DNA from: Bilabrum cf. latius
Lineage: Eukaryota
Direction of reading: 5' to 3'
NCBI GenBank assembly: GCA_965178125.1
Contig: OZ237745.1
Location: 1,240,001 to 1,304,000, forward strand
DNA length: 64,000 bases
Of this stretch, positions 12,280 to 25,222 are shown in pieces. The first letter of the stretch is position 1. Every line of letters begins with the position of its first letter. Made by a program: the position numbers and the translations under genes. The notes below the pieces were generated by a model. That model searched no databases. It worked only from the letters and a program-made list of their open reading frames with translations, and was not told the DNA's origin.

Positions 12280-14248
12280 TCACCAACCCCTGCGCTTGAG
12301 CTCCTGGAAGATCCCATCTCGGGCTTTCTTTGTCTTGGCGAACAAGATCTCTGGGGTCACCTATTTGTGCGACCATCCGCCGCTGGGCTCGCGGAACACC
12401 GTGTATCCCCCGATCTATGCGATGTTGCCCACTGGCTGCCCCTTGCTCCTCTAGAGCACCTCCATCCGCAGGCGGGCCTCCTCCATCCAGCGGTCGCACT
12501 GCCGCCGCACCTCGTCTGCCTTGAGCCGGAAGTGCGCCAGCACGGCCTCTCGAAACTCGGCAGGGGGCCTCTGCAGCGGCTCGAGGATGAAGTGCTGCAT
12601 GGTGGCGGCCCTCACGTGCGCGTTGTAGGCTCCCGACCTGCGCCTGCCCCCCTGCTGACCGTAGCCAGACTCATGCCCAGGCTCGTTGTAGTAGGGATCA
12701 GCCACCAGGATCTGGCTCTGGATGGCCAGCAGCACCTGCGCCAGGGTGCTCTCCTTGGGCCTCCACCCGGGGCCCGACCATGTGCCCAGCAGGCTGAGGC
12801 AGACCTTGCCGTCCACGTACAGATTAGGATTCACGCGGGCGGTGGAGGGGCTCCTGAATTTAGCCACGGGGGGCACGTCGGGGTAGGAGGCGGGCAGGCA
12901 CACGTCAACGAGCAGCACGCCGCAGCTGTACGGGCTCCCGCTCGGGCCCATAATGGCGGCCCGCATGACGTCCATGCGCGCCTGATCCACGCGGGCCAGC
13001 ACCGCGGACTCGTACTCGAGCGCGAGACGGGGCAGCCCGGATAGCTCCGAGCTCACGCGCATCAGCCGCCGCATGCGAGTGGCTCCTCCCGCGCCCGCGG
13101 GCACCAGCTTGGCCGCCATGTGTCCGTTGGTGAGACCCTCCACGGTCTGGTACACGAGCGGCTCCATGACCCGCTTGTAGGCCTGCCGCTGTTCCTCCGT
13201 GGGGAACACAGTGTCCCACCTGGGCATGCAGGCAGCGGGAGTGTGCCGCTTGGCCTGAGCCGCCCTTGCTGACGCCGCATCCCTGATTGCAATGGGCCCG
13301 CTGCGCACCAGCGAACAGCCAGCGGGCCAGCCGGCCCCAGTCGCAGGCTTTACGGGGCCTTCCTTGGCGGCCTGCCCCCCCGCAGCGGCGGCTCCTGTCG
13401 CGCCCCCCCACTTGGAGTCCATCCCGGGGAGCCCCGCCTCCTGCATCGCCGCGATGGCCCGCTCCACTGCCACCCAGCAGGCCGAGGCCCACCTCCGCAT
13501 GCCCCTGCCCATCACCTCCAGGCATGCCTCGGCCCGCCGCCCCAGGGACAGCATGGCCTGGTACTGGGCTTCCTCCTCCCGAGTGCCCTGCATGCGGGGG
13601 GCAGAAGCGATCGATGCGCCAGAGGCCTGTGCCTTGGACTTGGACTTGGACTTGGGCTTTTTGCTGCTGGCTGCCGCGGCTGCTGCTGCTTGCTGGGCCC
13701 TCTGCCCGGTGGAGCGGAAGACCTCCGCCTGCTGGGCCAGCTGACGCACGCAGCCTCCCAGCGAGCCGGCGGAGAGCAGCCCCACCAGCTCGCTGGTCCC
13801 ATCCTGGACACCGTCGCGGACCGCCTCCGCCGACATCTCGGTGGAACCCGCCCTTGCATCCGTCCGCAGCGCGTTGATCACGGTCTAGTAGCCCCTTTCG
13901 GCGCACATGGACCGGATCCAGCCCAGCGGAGACACCCGCCGGATGCAGCTCTCCCGCAGCTGGTGAGACGACGCGGACTGCTTCTGCCCAGAGGCCGCAG
14001 CTCCCGAGGAGGAACCAGACCTCCGCGACTTCGACACGCCCTGCAGTAGCTCTTTGGCCTCGTCCTCGTCAGCGGGCGCGTACCCTAGGAAAGGGACGGT
14101 GGAGGGGCACTGGCCCACGGCCTCTACCAGCGATAGAGCAGCGAAGAAAACCTTGCTGCGGGCCTGCATCTCCAGCAGTCCAGTGCGAAGGAGCGGGAGC
14201 AGCGCGGCGTGCAGCACGGAGGGCGCGGGGGGCTACACGGCGCCACTG

Positions 14249-14284
<36 letters not shown>

Positions 14285-14567
14285 GAGGCTGAGGCCCGGG
14301 GTCTCTTGGCCCCGGCGCGTGAAGGTGACCCGTCCTGCTGCGCGGGTAGGGCCAGCCCGTCGGCTGGGGGTGTGCCCGACTGCAGGAGAGCCAGCAGCAG
14401 TGGGTTGCACACGGCTTCCCACTCGCGAGGGTCCAGCAAAAACAAAGACACGCCTTTGCTGGCGCTGGATGCAGATGACGACGAAGAACAGGACAACGAT
14501 GCACCAGATGCGCTGCCCTTACCCTTGCCCTTTCCGTTTGACCTTGCCTTTGCCCCTGCCATGCCCC

Positions 14568-14600
<33 letters not shown>

Positions 14601-15744
14601 CCTCCTCCTCGGAGTCCAGTAGGTCCACCACCTGCGGGCTGCCAGTCCCTCCCATCGGCTGGGAATCTGCCTCTCCCAGCGTGACTGTGGCGGCCCGGCT
14701 ATGTTCCCACTGCGACTGCAGCAGCGGGATGCCCCTCCTGACCGCCTTCAAGGCCTTGCACAGCGCCCCGTCCTCCATCTCCTGCCTTCTGCGAGCAGCT
14801 TTCTTCAGCAAGGTCGTGTTCGCAGAGGCGGCCGAGTCTTGCTGGCTTCCCGCGAACCCGATGCCGCTGCTTGCTTGCGAGCCTTGGGTTTTCTTCGCGG
14901 CCGATGTTCGCTTGGCCGCCGCCAGCTGCACGCCCTTGCCCTTGCCCAGCCCGAGGGCAGTGGCGAGGCGAGCGGGCGACAGACCGTCCAGGAGGACAGA
15001 GGCGCGCCGGATCTCGGCCACCTGCTAAACCCCGGGCCACAGCCGCGCTACAAATCGCATCGAATCTGCGTGCCCCGGCTGGAGCTTGCCCTGCCGGCTC
15101 GTCTTGGAGTACTGCGCGAAGCCGGGCACCGCTCGGCCCGAGGCAGAGGAGACGACTGCGGAGCAGCTCTTGCAGACCGCCGTATGATCCGTGGCACTCG
15201 ATTGCAGAGCGAGCTAAATGCAGATGGGGCTGCCATTTTGGTCGGTTCTCGCGAACGGGCTGCCGCTGCCCATGCTGGCTCCCGGTGGTGAGGCTGATTT
15301 GGACATTGCGACTGCAACCGCCTCATCTCCGTTGTCACTGTCGCTATCAAGCTCTATCGCTGCAGCACCAGCTGATGACTACTATACTTTCTTATTTTTG
15401 CCAGCCGAAGATCCTACAGGCTTGTCGTCATCGCTGGAATCACATAGCTCCACCACGACCACCTCTGGGCTGCTAGCAGCTTTGGCTTTTCGCCTGCGTG
15501 AGGCCCTTCGTTTCGCCTCCGGAGCAGCATTTTTTAGTAATTCCTTGGGTGTAAGCACCGCTGAGCTGAAACCAACACTCTTTAGGACGGAAATAACCTC
15601 TTCATCCGGCGCGGACGGAATCAGACCTTCCACTGCTGATCCACATGACCCGCAAGGCAGGCTGCCTTTCGTCAGAAAAGACACGGTTTTTTGAAGTAAA
15701 GGGAAGTCTTTTGACTCGGATTCGTGCAACTGGGGCCTTTGCAT
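12280..15744 (-). CDS. Ubiquitin-conjugating enzyme (BIRC6/UBE2O-type UBC domain) with a long N-terminal extension; multiple in-frame TAGs
   Basis: GPSGSPYSCG..DVCLPASYPDVPP..NPNLYVDGKVCLSLLGTWSGPGW..STLAQVLLAIQSQILVADPYYNEPG, with the catalytic Cys intact. One frame is broken only by TAG (15382, 15379, 15214, 15025, 14233, 13885, 12451, 12415, 12361) and ends at TGA 12280-12282. The ATG at 15744 is tentative. Confidence 0.82.
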
Positions 15745-16012
15745 ATCGCCCACGCTGCCTGCGAGCAAATGCGTGGGTACTTGAGTCGCACTTTACTTAA
15801 TACAAACAACGATTCTGAAAATATACTCAGCACAGTACTATGTATTCATACCTCTTTGACTGAACCACCAGTTCACTGGCAAATTCATTGCTGTATCCGA
15901 GGAATATTGTAGCATTTCACCATATGCCCAGCAATTATTGTAAGGTGCAGAAATATGGTGAAAGTCTTGATTGGCCTGTTTTCTCGGCGACAGATTCAAG
16001 TAGCGAACAGCC

Positions 16013-16207
16013 ATGCACTTGATGTTTTACATGAAGGATGGAAAGAGGGTATACACTTTGTAGAAGGTCACCCCTGACGGGAAGTTGCCGACCAAGTCTG
16101 CGCACCCTGCTAGGTTCAGTCCCGACGACAAGTTCCAGGAGTACAGGGTTCAGATGAAGAAGAGGCATGGCAAGCTGCTCACGCAGAAGCCCGTGACACC
16201 CATGTGA
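16013..16207 (+). CDS. NOP10: H/ACA snoRNP subunit Nop10 (64 aa); in-frame TAG at 16061
   Basis: Manual translation gives [16 protein letters not shown][TAG][62 protein letters not shown] is the Nop10 signature. It is missing from the ORF track because the TAG splits it. Confidence 0.93.
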
Positions 16208-16344
16208 ATTGATTAATATATAGATTTTACTTGTGACGCATCTCTGCGGAGCAACTTAGCAGATCTCGTACTGGCGAAATATCGCTACATCCAGAGCCAA
16301 GGTTTGTTTCATGCCTTCATCCAATCCATGCACACGTGCCTGGA

Positions 16345-17489
16345 TCACATGCAAAATGTCCCGACGTCCTTACCGCGCCCGCCAAGCCCGCCGATGGTGT
16401 ATCGCCATACCTCGAGCAGCACGGTGACCGCCATGCAAGCAGCTAGCGAGCTCTGAAGCGTCTCAGCGAGCGTCCAACCGCGCTGAGCACGTCCTCCGGC
16501 TAGGGCTACCTTGTTTTTTAAGCCTGCTTCCTCCCGATCCCGCCATCCCTGCGTCTCGCTGGAGCTAGTACCCTCCTCGCCAGCGCCTGGCGTGCTGTGC
16601 TCGTCGATCTGCAGGAAGGCCGGGAATGCCACGATGAAGTAGAGTCCGTAGCACACGCACCCCACGGTGTACATATAGGCTCGGTTCTCGATCCTGTAGT
16701 AGGGGAAACTCGAGATGGTCACCGTCTCGATGAAGCCAGTCAGCCAGGACAGGCCGGCGGTCACCACAGCCACCACCGCTATCTGCCCCCAGCTCCCAAG
16801 GCCCAGGCCATGCCGCGCCCAGTTGCGCGCCCCCCTCAGCGCAAAGTTGGAGATGACAAAGTACGTGGCAAAGTACGCATGCGTGCAGAAAATGAGGGCC
16901 ACCGGTACGTTGTTCAGGCGGTGCGCCGGGAACGAGTAGTCGGCGCCGAGCAGGTTATAGAAGTAGTGGGTCCAATGAATGTTGCCAATGTAGCTGATCA
17001 CAAATATCCACAGGTTTGCCTTCACCCAGTAACGCATGTGGAGCGGCTTGCCAGCATCAGGGCTCTTGGTCCACTGCGCGGGGTTGGGAGAGTGTGAGGA
17101 ATGTTACAATTATCGGTACCGACATGCAATTAGCACTATATACGCATTAATATTGCACAACTCACGGCTGGGCCGATTTCATCCGCGGCAAAAGGAAGCA
17201 AGAAGACCGGGAGAGCCATACCCAGCCCTACGACCATGTAGTGCCAAGCTCCAAACGACTCATATGCCTGGAATACAACAATTGCACCAAACCATAACAC
17301 CCAAACTAGTGAATAGAACAAGAAAAAAGTCTCAGCCCATCTCTTTTGTGGAGTTGGGGCCAGGAACCACGATCCAAGCTTGGATTCAGCGCCAGAAGCA
17401 CTGGTACTGCCCCGTTGTAGGCTGCTACTAGTAATCATCCCATCTAATTTTCCGTTCCTGGACCCGCTTCGTTTCCTACCGGTGCTCAT
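16345..17489 (-). CDS. CPI1: Cyclopropyl sterol isomerase (cycloeucalenol cycloisomerase); 2 exons (17489-17166, 17073-16345)
   Basis: Motifs KRWAETFFLFYS..W, RYWVKANLWIFVISYIGNIHWTHYFY..LGADYSFP, THAYF, ETVTISSFPYY and MYTVG..CYGLYFIVAFP. A phase-0 GTGAG..CGCAG intron at 17165-17074 joins the two frames. Ends at TGA with no internal TAG. Confidence 0.9.
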
Positions 17490-17617
17490 GGCAGCTCTTG
17501 TGTTCGGTTTCTTCAAGTTGCGGGATTGCACCAATAACCGGAAGTGCAAACGTTTTGGGCTGGCGATCGGTGGGGGAAACCTTTCACTCAACAGCGACGG
17601 GTATTCAAGGATCCGTT
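17490..17617. promoter_or_regulatory. Putative compact bidirectional promoter between CPI1 and the 3beta-HSD-b5 gene
   Basis: Only 128 bp separate the divergent start codons. No specific motif was identified. Confidence 0.5.
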
Positions 17618-19829
17618 ATGGCTAGCAGCGCAGTAAATATTGGTGTATCTGCTGAAAGTGCGGATGGCGCTGGTATTGCTGGGCTTTTGCTCTCTCCCTA
17701 CGTCCTGACAGCGCTTGGACTCCTTGTACTCCTCGTTGCGCTTCGGCAGGTATTCAAGATTTCCAAGGTGAGAAACGAATGTATGTGTCTGATCGAACGG
17801 ATGCTGACATGCATATTAATGATTTCCCTCTGCTTCAAGGGGGCAAATAAGTCACAATGTGCCAGGTATTCGTTGTATCCCAGTCGTTGCGCAGCCAGTA
17901 GAACTCAAGCTGCCAAAGGGCATCGCCAAGAGTGCCTATTCTAAGTCTTATCCCACGTACGATGTGAGATGCCTGCTACCTCGCCCCTTGTCAACTGGCG
18001 GGTTCTGGACTACAATCCCCGCACCTTCTGCCGATCCGACCCTCCCGTCGCAGCTTCCCCCCGGGCCATACCTGGTGACTGGCGGATGCGGGTTTGTGGG
18101 AACTCACATCGTAGACGCTCTATGCCAGCACGCGGAGCGAGCCGGCCTCGCTGGCGCACAGGGCGAGGTGCGCGTGTTCGACCTGCGGATCGTGCCGCGG
18201 CCAGCACTCGAGAGCGAGGGGCGGCAGCGGGGCCGCGTGCGGATGATCCAGGGCGACCTCACCAAGCCCAAGGAGGTCTTGGATGCGGTGAACGGCTGCT
18301 CCATCGTGTTCCACGTCGCCTCCCCCGACCCCAACAGCCCGAATCGCGGCCTGCTGGAGGCCGTCAACGTGACTGGCACGAGGAACGTGGTGGCTGCCTG
18401 CCGCGCCGCGGGGGTCCGCTCCCTCGTGTACACCTCCTCCGCCTCGGTGGTCTTTGAGGGAGCAGACCAGAAGGGCCCCACGGAGGCCATCGGGTACCCC
18501 GCCCGCTACCGGGACATCTACAGCGAGACCAAGGCGAGGGCGGAGCGGATCGTGAGGAGGGCGGGCTGCCTGCCGGTGGTGCTCGAGGGCGAGGGGGAGG
18601 AGGGCAACAGGAAGAACGTCCCTCAGTTGGCAGCGGCGGAAGGAGTGGAGGACGAGAGGCTTGCCCTGGAGAGGGCGCTGGGGTACGGCGCTGACCTGGC
18701 AGACCTGGAGGCGGAGGACAAGGACGAGGACTGGAGGTTGGAGAACAACGGGGGGCTGGCCACAGTGAGCGTGCGCCCGCACGGGATCTTTGGGTCCAGG
18801 GACCGCGTGCTTGTTCCCTCGCTGGCGGCGCAGGGAGCCGCCGGACGAACCAAGTTCCGGGTCGGAGACGGGAACAACGTGGTGGACTTCACGTACGTGG
18901 GCAACGTGGCGCACGCGCACATGCTCGCGGCCGAGAAGGCCGTGCCCCCGGCCGAGACGCAGGCGGGGCGGGCTGCCGTGCAGGCGGCCTTGACCGCCGG
19001 CAAGTCGGGCGACAGCTCGGTGAAGGGGCACAAGGAGCTGTCCAGGGGGGACGTGCGCGTGGGAGCGAGCGGGCAGACGTACTTTGTGACCAACGACGAC
19101 CCCATCCCGTTCTGGGAGTTCCTGGGGCGGCTGCTGGACGGGCTGGGCTGGCCCGTGCCCTCGCTGTGGCTGCCGTACGGGTTCATCCTGCCTCTGGCCA
19201 CCGTGGCCGAGTCGATGAGCAAGGGCATCGCTGCCCTCAAGGGGGCCCGGCCCAAGCCCATGACCTTCTCGCCCGCCCGCATGCAGATCGTGGGCACGTG
19301 GCACTACTACGACTGCGGGGCGGCCAAGCGCGAGCTGGGCTATGCCCCCGTGTGGAGCATGGACGAGGGCGTCTTCCTGACGCTCAAGGCCTTCGCGGGG
19401 CAGCGCAACCCCAAGGCGCGGTCCTCCAAGGTGCAGCTCGAGGGGGAGGTCAACTCGGGGGGTGACGTGGTGGGCGACTGGCAGCCAGCATTCACGAAGG
19501 AGGAGGTTGCACTGCACTGCACGGAGGATGACTTGTGGATCACCATCGAGGACAAGGTGTATGACGTCACTCGGTACCAGCCCAAGCACCCCGGGGGCGG
19601 GGACAAGCTGCTGCGGCACGCGGGACAGGACGCGACCGAGAAGTTCGTGAAGGTTCGCTCGCACCCCGAGGGCGTGCGGGACATCGCCGCGCAGTTCATG
19701 ATCGGCACGCTGGCCAAGGGCGCCCACCGCGCCACCTCGGGGGCCTCTGGGGAGGCGGCGGGGGGCAGCGGGGCGGGCGGGTTTGCCGCGCTGGCGGGGG
19801 AGGGCGAGGCCGAGCAGGAGGAGGAGTGA
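17618..19829 (+). CDS. Sterol-4alpha-carboxylate 3-dehydrogenase (3beta-HSD/C4-decarboxylase; ERG26/NSDHL family) with an N-terminal TM anchor and a C-terminal cytochrome b5 domain; intron 17768-17894
   Basis: VTGGCGFVG Rossmann motif, VFHVAS, NVTGTRNV, YTSSASVVF, YSETK (YxxxK), RPHGIFG, DFTYVGNVAHAH and GQTYFVTNDDP. The C-terminus FTKEEVALH..DLWITIEDKVYDVTRY..HPGG..AGQDAT..SH is a cytochrome b5 domain. A phase-0 GTGAG..CGCAG intron links the upstream TM exon. Confidence 0.88.
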
Positions 19830-20242
19830 ATGTAGGGGGGTTGGAGTGGTATCTGAATGGGACGACGGGGGAATTTTTCGCCGGGAAGAGTGCCCCGCCT
19901 GCCACTGGTGCTGGCAGAATCGCTGTGTGCCGTGTGTTTGCTTCGTGATGCCTTTGCCGCCTGTGCGCCGGGCCCGCAGATTCGCTCCGACCCTGTCGAT
20001 CTCCACGGTCGGCGGTCCGGGCCGCGGTCCGTGCGCACATCTCGGTGCATCTGTAGCTTGAATTTTTGGCTTCTTCGACCACCAATGGCTGTGCGATTCC
20101 ACCTCGCGATTCACCAGGCCGCCAGGCGGTATGAAACGTTCGCTGAGAACCTCAGCGAACCTTGTTTCCGTTGCGACCGCCGCGTGCTTTTCATTCGTCC
20201 AGGCACTTAATACTGCGCTTAATTGCGTTGCAAGGTGCTAGT

Positions 20243-23200
20243 ATGAGTAAAAATTATAGTTTAGGCCCGTCATCCGCGATGCACGGCGGAATGGGGGTCG
20301 ATCGATCGCCGTTGCGGGTCCCGAGACAGCTGCCAGGCCACACCAGTGAAACCGCAGGGCTAGCAAGCCCCGCAGATATGCAGAGACCAATACGTCGATC
20401 CCACATTCCACATGCCACCGAGAATCGGTACATCTCTCGCCCAACCGACGGCCGAGAACATTCGCGAGCGAAAGCATCAGGAGGCGACGCCATCGCAATC
20501 GAAAGCGTCGAGGCAGCGGATGAAGTTGTTGCAGAGTACTTGGCCTGGCGTGGTGCGACAGATGCCTTGGGTGCATTCGCAGACGCGGTGCACGCCAGTG
20601 GAGCGACTGCGGCGGCTGCCAAATCGCAGTTGGACGAGGAGAGCAAGTCCAGGGCGGCGGGCGAAGCGGGCCCCAGCGCGCGGGGAGAGGCTGCCATCAA
20701 GGTATTGCCCGCGTACGTGCGCGCCGCTCCGTCTGCAGAGGCGGCAGAGCGCGCGATGCTCCGCGCCTTCGATCGCGGCGACCGCGGCCGTTTCCTGCGG
20801 CTGTGGGCCAGGCACGTGCCATGGGCCGCGGTGCGCCGTCATGACGGCCTCGCCAGGCGGCTGGAGCTGTACCTTAGGGTGGGGCTAGCCCTTCACCGGC
20901 ACATGGAGGCGGAGAGCGCGGCCCAGCGAGCGGCGGCCCTGGACGATGAAGCGGCGGCTCTGCTGGAGCACGCAGGCATGTCGGGAGGGGGAGGGGGCGG
21001 GTCCCCGGGAGCGGGGGCGGGGGCCCGGCGACGGGCGCACCAGGCCTCTCAGAAAGCTGACGCGGCGGCGTAGGAGGCCGAGGACGTGGCGGCGGTGGCA
21101 CAGCGCTGCTGGCCCAGGGACGCGGCCTGGCTGGGGGCGTACCTCAAGGGCCCCGGGCGCATGCTGGCGAGGATGCCCGAGTTTGCGGGGCTGGCGGGAC
21201 TGTCCACCTGCGAGCGGCCGGAGGCAGACCCCAGGTACAAAGAGCTGGTGCTGCCCAGCTGGCATCGGGGCCTCCGGAGCAAACTGGGAAGGTTCGTGGA
21301 GCTGGTGGTGAAGCCTCCGCTCCTGGCAGCATCCGCCGCCCAGTGGTCACCTCCGAGGCAGCGCGCGGGAGTGTCCCCCGGGCAAGCCAGGGACAGGGAA
21401 CAGCGGCAGGCCCGTCCACCGCTGCTGCCCCCGCCCCACATCCTCTCCGAGAGCGTGCTTCCGCCCCCGCCTCAGTCCGCACACGCAGCCAGACAAGGGG
21501 CCCAAGCGTGGGATCGAGAGGATCGTGCGACGGACGGGACGAGTGATTCCGCTAGTGCGATGCATGGGAATGTCGCGGCCGCTGCTGCTGCCGCTGCTGC
21601 GGTGAGAAGGGCGCACGCGGCAGCTGCCGGCCTCCGTGGGGCGGGGGACGGGCTGTGTGCTGCCGCCGTGGGCGTGGGACTGGAGGCGGAGCGGTTGCTG
21701 TCCGGGTGGGGCGGCGAGGGGGGCGAGAGTAAGGAGGAGGGGCGGGAGGATAAGCTGCTGGGGTTCCTGCAGAGGGCCACTGCTCGCCTGCAGGAGGCCG
21801 CGGCGGACTGGAGAGGGGGGAAGACAGAGGCGGAGCGGCACCTGCGCCACACCGAGGATGGGTTCGGGGCAGGTACCTCGGCCGAGACGGATGGAGCGGC
21901 AGCCAACGTCTCGTCCTCAAACCGCAGAGGCAGGCTGGTGCGGTCGATCAGCGGCAGAGACACAGCGGTGGCCACGGCCAACTAGCCGCTTCCCGGGGCG
22001 GAAGACGGCGATGGCGATGAAGCGGAAGGTGCTGGTCGTGGTAGCAATCCTACTGGCATGCGCGCCGGGGTGGGGGCGGCCGGCGGATCCTCGAGCGCCC
22101 CTCGCATGGTGCGCGCTCTCGGGCACCCGCTGCCCCCTCTGGACTGGCCCCTCCTGCGGCGGCAGATGGCCAGGCTAGCGGCCGTGGCTGCGGGACTGCG
22201 GGGGGGCGGGGCAGACTTGGACCCGCGGCACGGGGCCCGCGACGTGGACAAAGAGGCTCCTCCAGCAGCAGTTGTGGGGGCGGATACAGGGCCAGGGTCC
22301 TTGCCCGCAGGGGCTGCGGCAGGCAGTGAGGTGGCCGGTGACTCTGCCGCAGCACCGCGCGCCGCCGCCTGGGAGCAGGAGCGGGAGGCCGCCGAGCGCA
22401 GGGTATGCCTGATCCTGCAGGCCCTCCGCTGGAGGGTCACGAGGTCGGCGCCCGGGGCACACAGGGCCGCCGCTGTGCGGGGGCTGTGCCACGGAGACGC
22501 GGCCGGGCTGCGTGCGGTGCGGAGACTTCACGGAGACACGAAGCGATTGCAGCCTGCGCCCGGCGAGAGTCCCGCAGGTGGTCGCACGGCGGAGGACTAG
22601 GAAGGGAAAAGCCCTGGGAGCGACGGTGCCGCCGCTCCGCTTGCCCCCCTTCTGGTGCGGCTGCTGCTGCACCCCTGCGCCTCTGTGCGTGAGGCATCGG
22701 CCCGGCTGTCCAACGCACTCGCAGGGGAGAAGAGGGGAAGGACCTACCTGCTGACTGGCGCTAGGAGCGGAAGCGGACTGGAGCAGACGGTCAGCGTCGA
22801 GGGGGCGATAGGAGGCGCATCGCCTCCCCCCACCGTGCTTGGCGCGCTCCTCAGTCTGCTCTTCGGGGACGACCCCCATGGCCCCGAGACGGCGGCTCGT
22901 CGGGCGGCGCTGGGCGCGCTTCAGAAGTGTTCCCTGCGGCCGTCGGCTCGCGAGGAGCTCGTGGGAGCTGGGTGCGTGGAGTGGTGCGTGGAATCTCTGC
23001 GGAGGCACTTCGCGGCGAGGGGGGGCGCGGGGGCGGGGGACGAGGACGAGGAGGACGTGGGCGAGCTGAGCACCGGGAGCGGGGCGGGAGGGGGCCCCAG
23101 GTCCGGAGGCCTGTCGGAGTTCAGCGCTGAGTTTGCCGCGGCGCTGCTGATGAACCTGTGCCTGGGGCCCTAGGGCCGGGCCAGGGCGCACGCGCTGAAC

Positions 23201-25084
23201 GAGGCCATGGACGCGCAAGGGGGCAAGCGATCTGCTGGGGCGGGGCAGGGGCAGGGGCAGGGTGCTCAGGTCGGTGGGGGAGGAGAGGGCGATGGGGAGG
23301 ACAGGGAGGATGACACCGGGGAACAGAGCGCCAGCATGGGATCGGGGGGAGACGGGGTGGTGCTGGCGACGCTGGCCGAGGGCCTCGAGGCCTGGCCTGC
23401 GACAGTGCGGAGCTTCGTGCAAGGCACGCTATTCGTGCTGCTGTCGCACCCCGGGCTGCGACGGGACGCGCGACGCATGGGCCTGGGCGAGATCCTGGAG
23501 GGCGCGCGGGTGCAGGAGGAGGAGGAGGCCGAGATCGCCGAGGAGGAGGCGCGTGAGGCGGCAGGGGACGCCGCTCGCAGGGTCCAGGAGGGCAGGGCGC
23601 GCTGGAGGCGGACTTTTGCGCAGCACCTGCAGCTGATCGGGCAGATGCTGGGGCGTGCACTCCCAGAAGAGGAGGGCGGGAAGGACGAGGCGGAGCAGGA
23701 GCAGGAGGGGGTGGGTGACCTGGGCCCTCGTGGGCACGAGGAGGAAGACGAGGACGAGGACGAGGTGGAGGCCATCGAGGCGGGCGAAGAGGAGGACGAG
23801 GAGGAGAACAGCGCGAGCAGGCGGTGCAGTGGTGCAGCGGTGCAGGAGGCAGAGGGCTGGATCGAGAGCCCAGACGCGGACCAGGGCTTCGTGCTGCGGG
23901 CGGATGGGGGCCGCGGGGAGACCGAGGGCGAGACGCTGCTGTGGGAGTTTGCAGCAGCCGGGGCCCGTGCCAGCGAGGCATGGACCGGCCCGATGGGCAG
24001 TGGAGCTGTGCACGAGACCGGCCGCATGCCCTTGGCTCCCCCACCCGTCGGGGGTGTGGAGTTCAGCTAGCCCGGTGGTGCCCACGTGCGGCCTGCGGGG
24101 CACGGGCATGGGCTCTCCTTGGTTCCGGAGATGGAGGGCGAAGGTGAGGGGGAGGGCGATGGGGGCAGCAGCCAGGGCGGTGGCAGCAGCGCCCGAGGCC
24201 CCATGGAGCTGGAGGCAGGGTCCCGTGGGGCGCGCAGTCCGGTGGGCGTGCGGGCTTAGGCTGGCGGCCTCGGGGCCAGTGCCAGGGACTCGCTCGCTCT
24301 GTCGGCCGAAGGGGCCTCCATGCGGGATAGCGAGGTGCGCGGGGAGAGGAGAGATGGGCAAAGGGGCGGTGGCAGCGGCCGCCTGACGGAGTGGGGCTCT
24401 GACCTCCGTGGGGGCAGTGCCCTGAGCAGGGCGGGGGCTAGTGTGCTGGGGACGACTGCGAGCCAGGGCCAGGGCCAGGGGCAGGGTCAGGGACAGGGAC
24501 AGGGCGATGGGAAAGAGGGAGACGATGTGCCGGACGAGACGCAGCCTGAAGCTGCAGCCTTCGTGTCTCGCAGCAAGCTGGCGAGGACCCCCGATGGCTT
24601 GAGGGGGAGGCGGCGGGCGGGGTGGGGGCATGAGGGGGCGGAGGGGGAGGGGTTTCGAGCGGATCCAGGTGCAATGCATGGTGGTGCAATTCCCCGGAGG
24701 TCTTCTCCCTTGCGGCCGAGAAGGGAGGGTGCACCGCACGGTGGCGCGGGGGCATCTCCTGCTGACGGCAGCATGGAGGGGCGCTCGGGGCACGCGTCTT
24801 TCGGAGGCGGCGGCGGAGGTGCTGGGCGCGGCAAGGACAATGGCAAGGGGTAGGGGTAGAAGGAGCTGCCTGGTGACACCCGCGAGCTCGTGGCTTTCCG
24901 GGTGCAGAAGCAGCTGCCCAGGACGCCGCCAGGGGGTCGGCGGGCGAGGGGAGGGCACGACCCGAGGGGTCCACCAGCAGGGGCAGGTCCTTCTGGGGGC
25001 GAGGCCTACTTTGAAGACGATGCGGGCCCACAGGGCTATGGCGGTAGGGGTGGTTACGGACAGGATGGATAGCAGGCATGGTAA
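20243..25084 (+). CDS. ARMC9: LisH/armadillo-repeat protein, ARMC9 homologue (cilia-associated); about 9 in-frame TAGs
   Basis: LisH-like DEVVAEYLAWRG, FDRGDRGRFLRLW..RRLELYL, LQALRWRVTRS, GALQKCSLR, LSEFSAEFAAALLMNLCL, VRSFVQGTLFVLLS and a C-terminal AF.SRSKL.RTP. Fragments join at TAG 21071, 21983, 22598, 23171, 24068, 24257, 24851, 24857 and 25070. The first non-TAG stop is TAA 25082-25084. Confidence 0.82.
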
Positions 25085-25222
25085 ACGGCAGGCCGAAAGC
25101 AGCACGCCACACCGCCCAGGCAACTCGCGGCAGTGGGCTGCAGTCGCGAGGACGTGTTTGCCAGCCTCCCGGCATCGTATTTTGTGGTGACTGCAAGAAT
25201 GGATGCGTACAGACAACTATTT

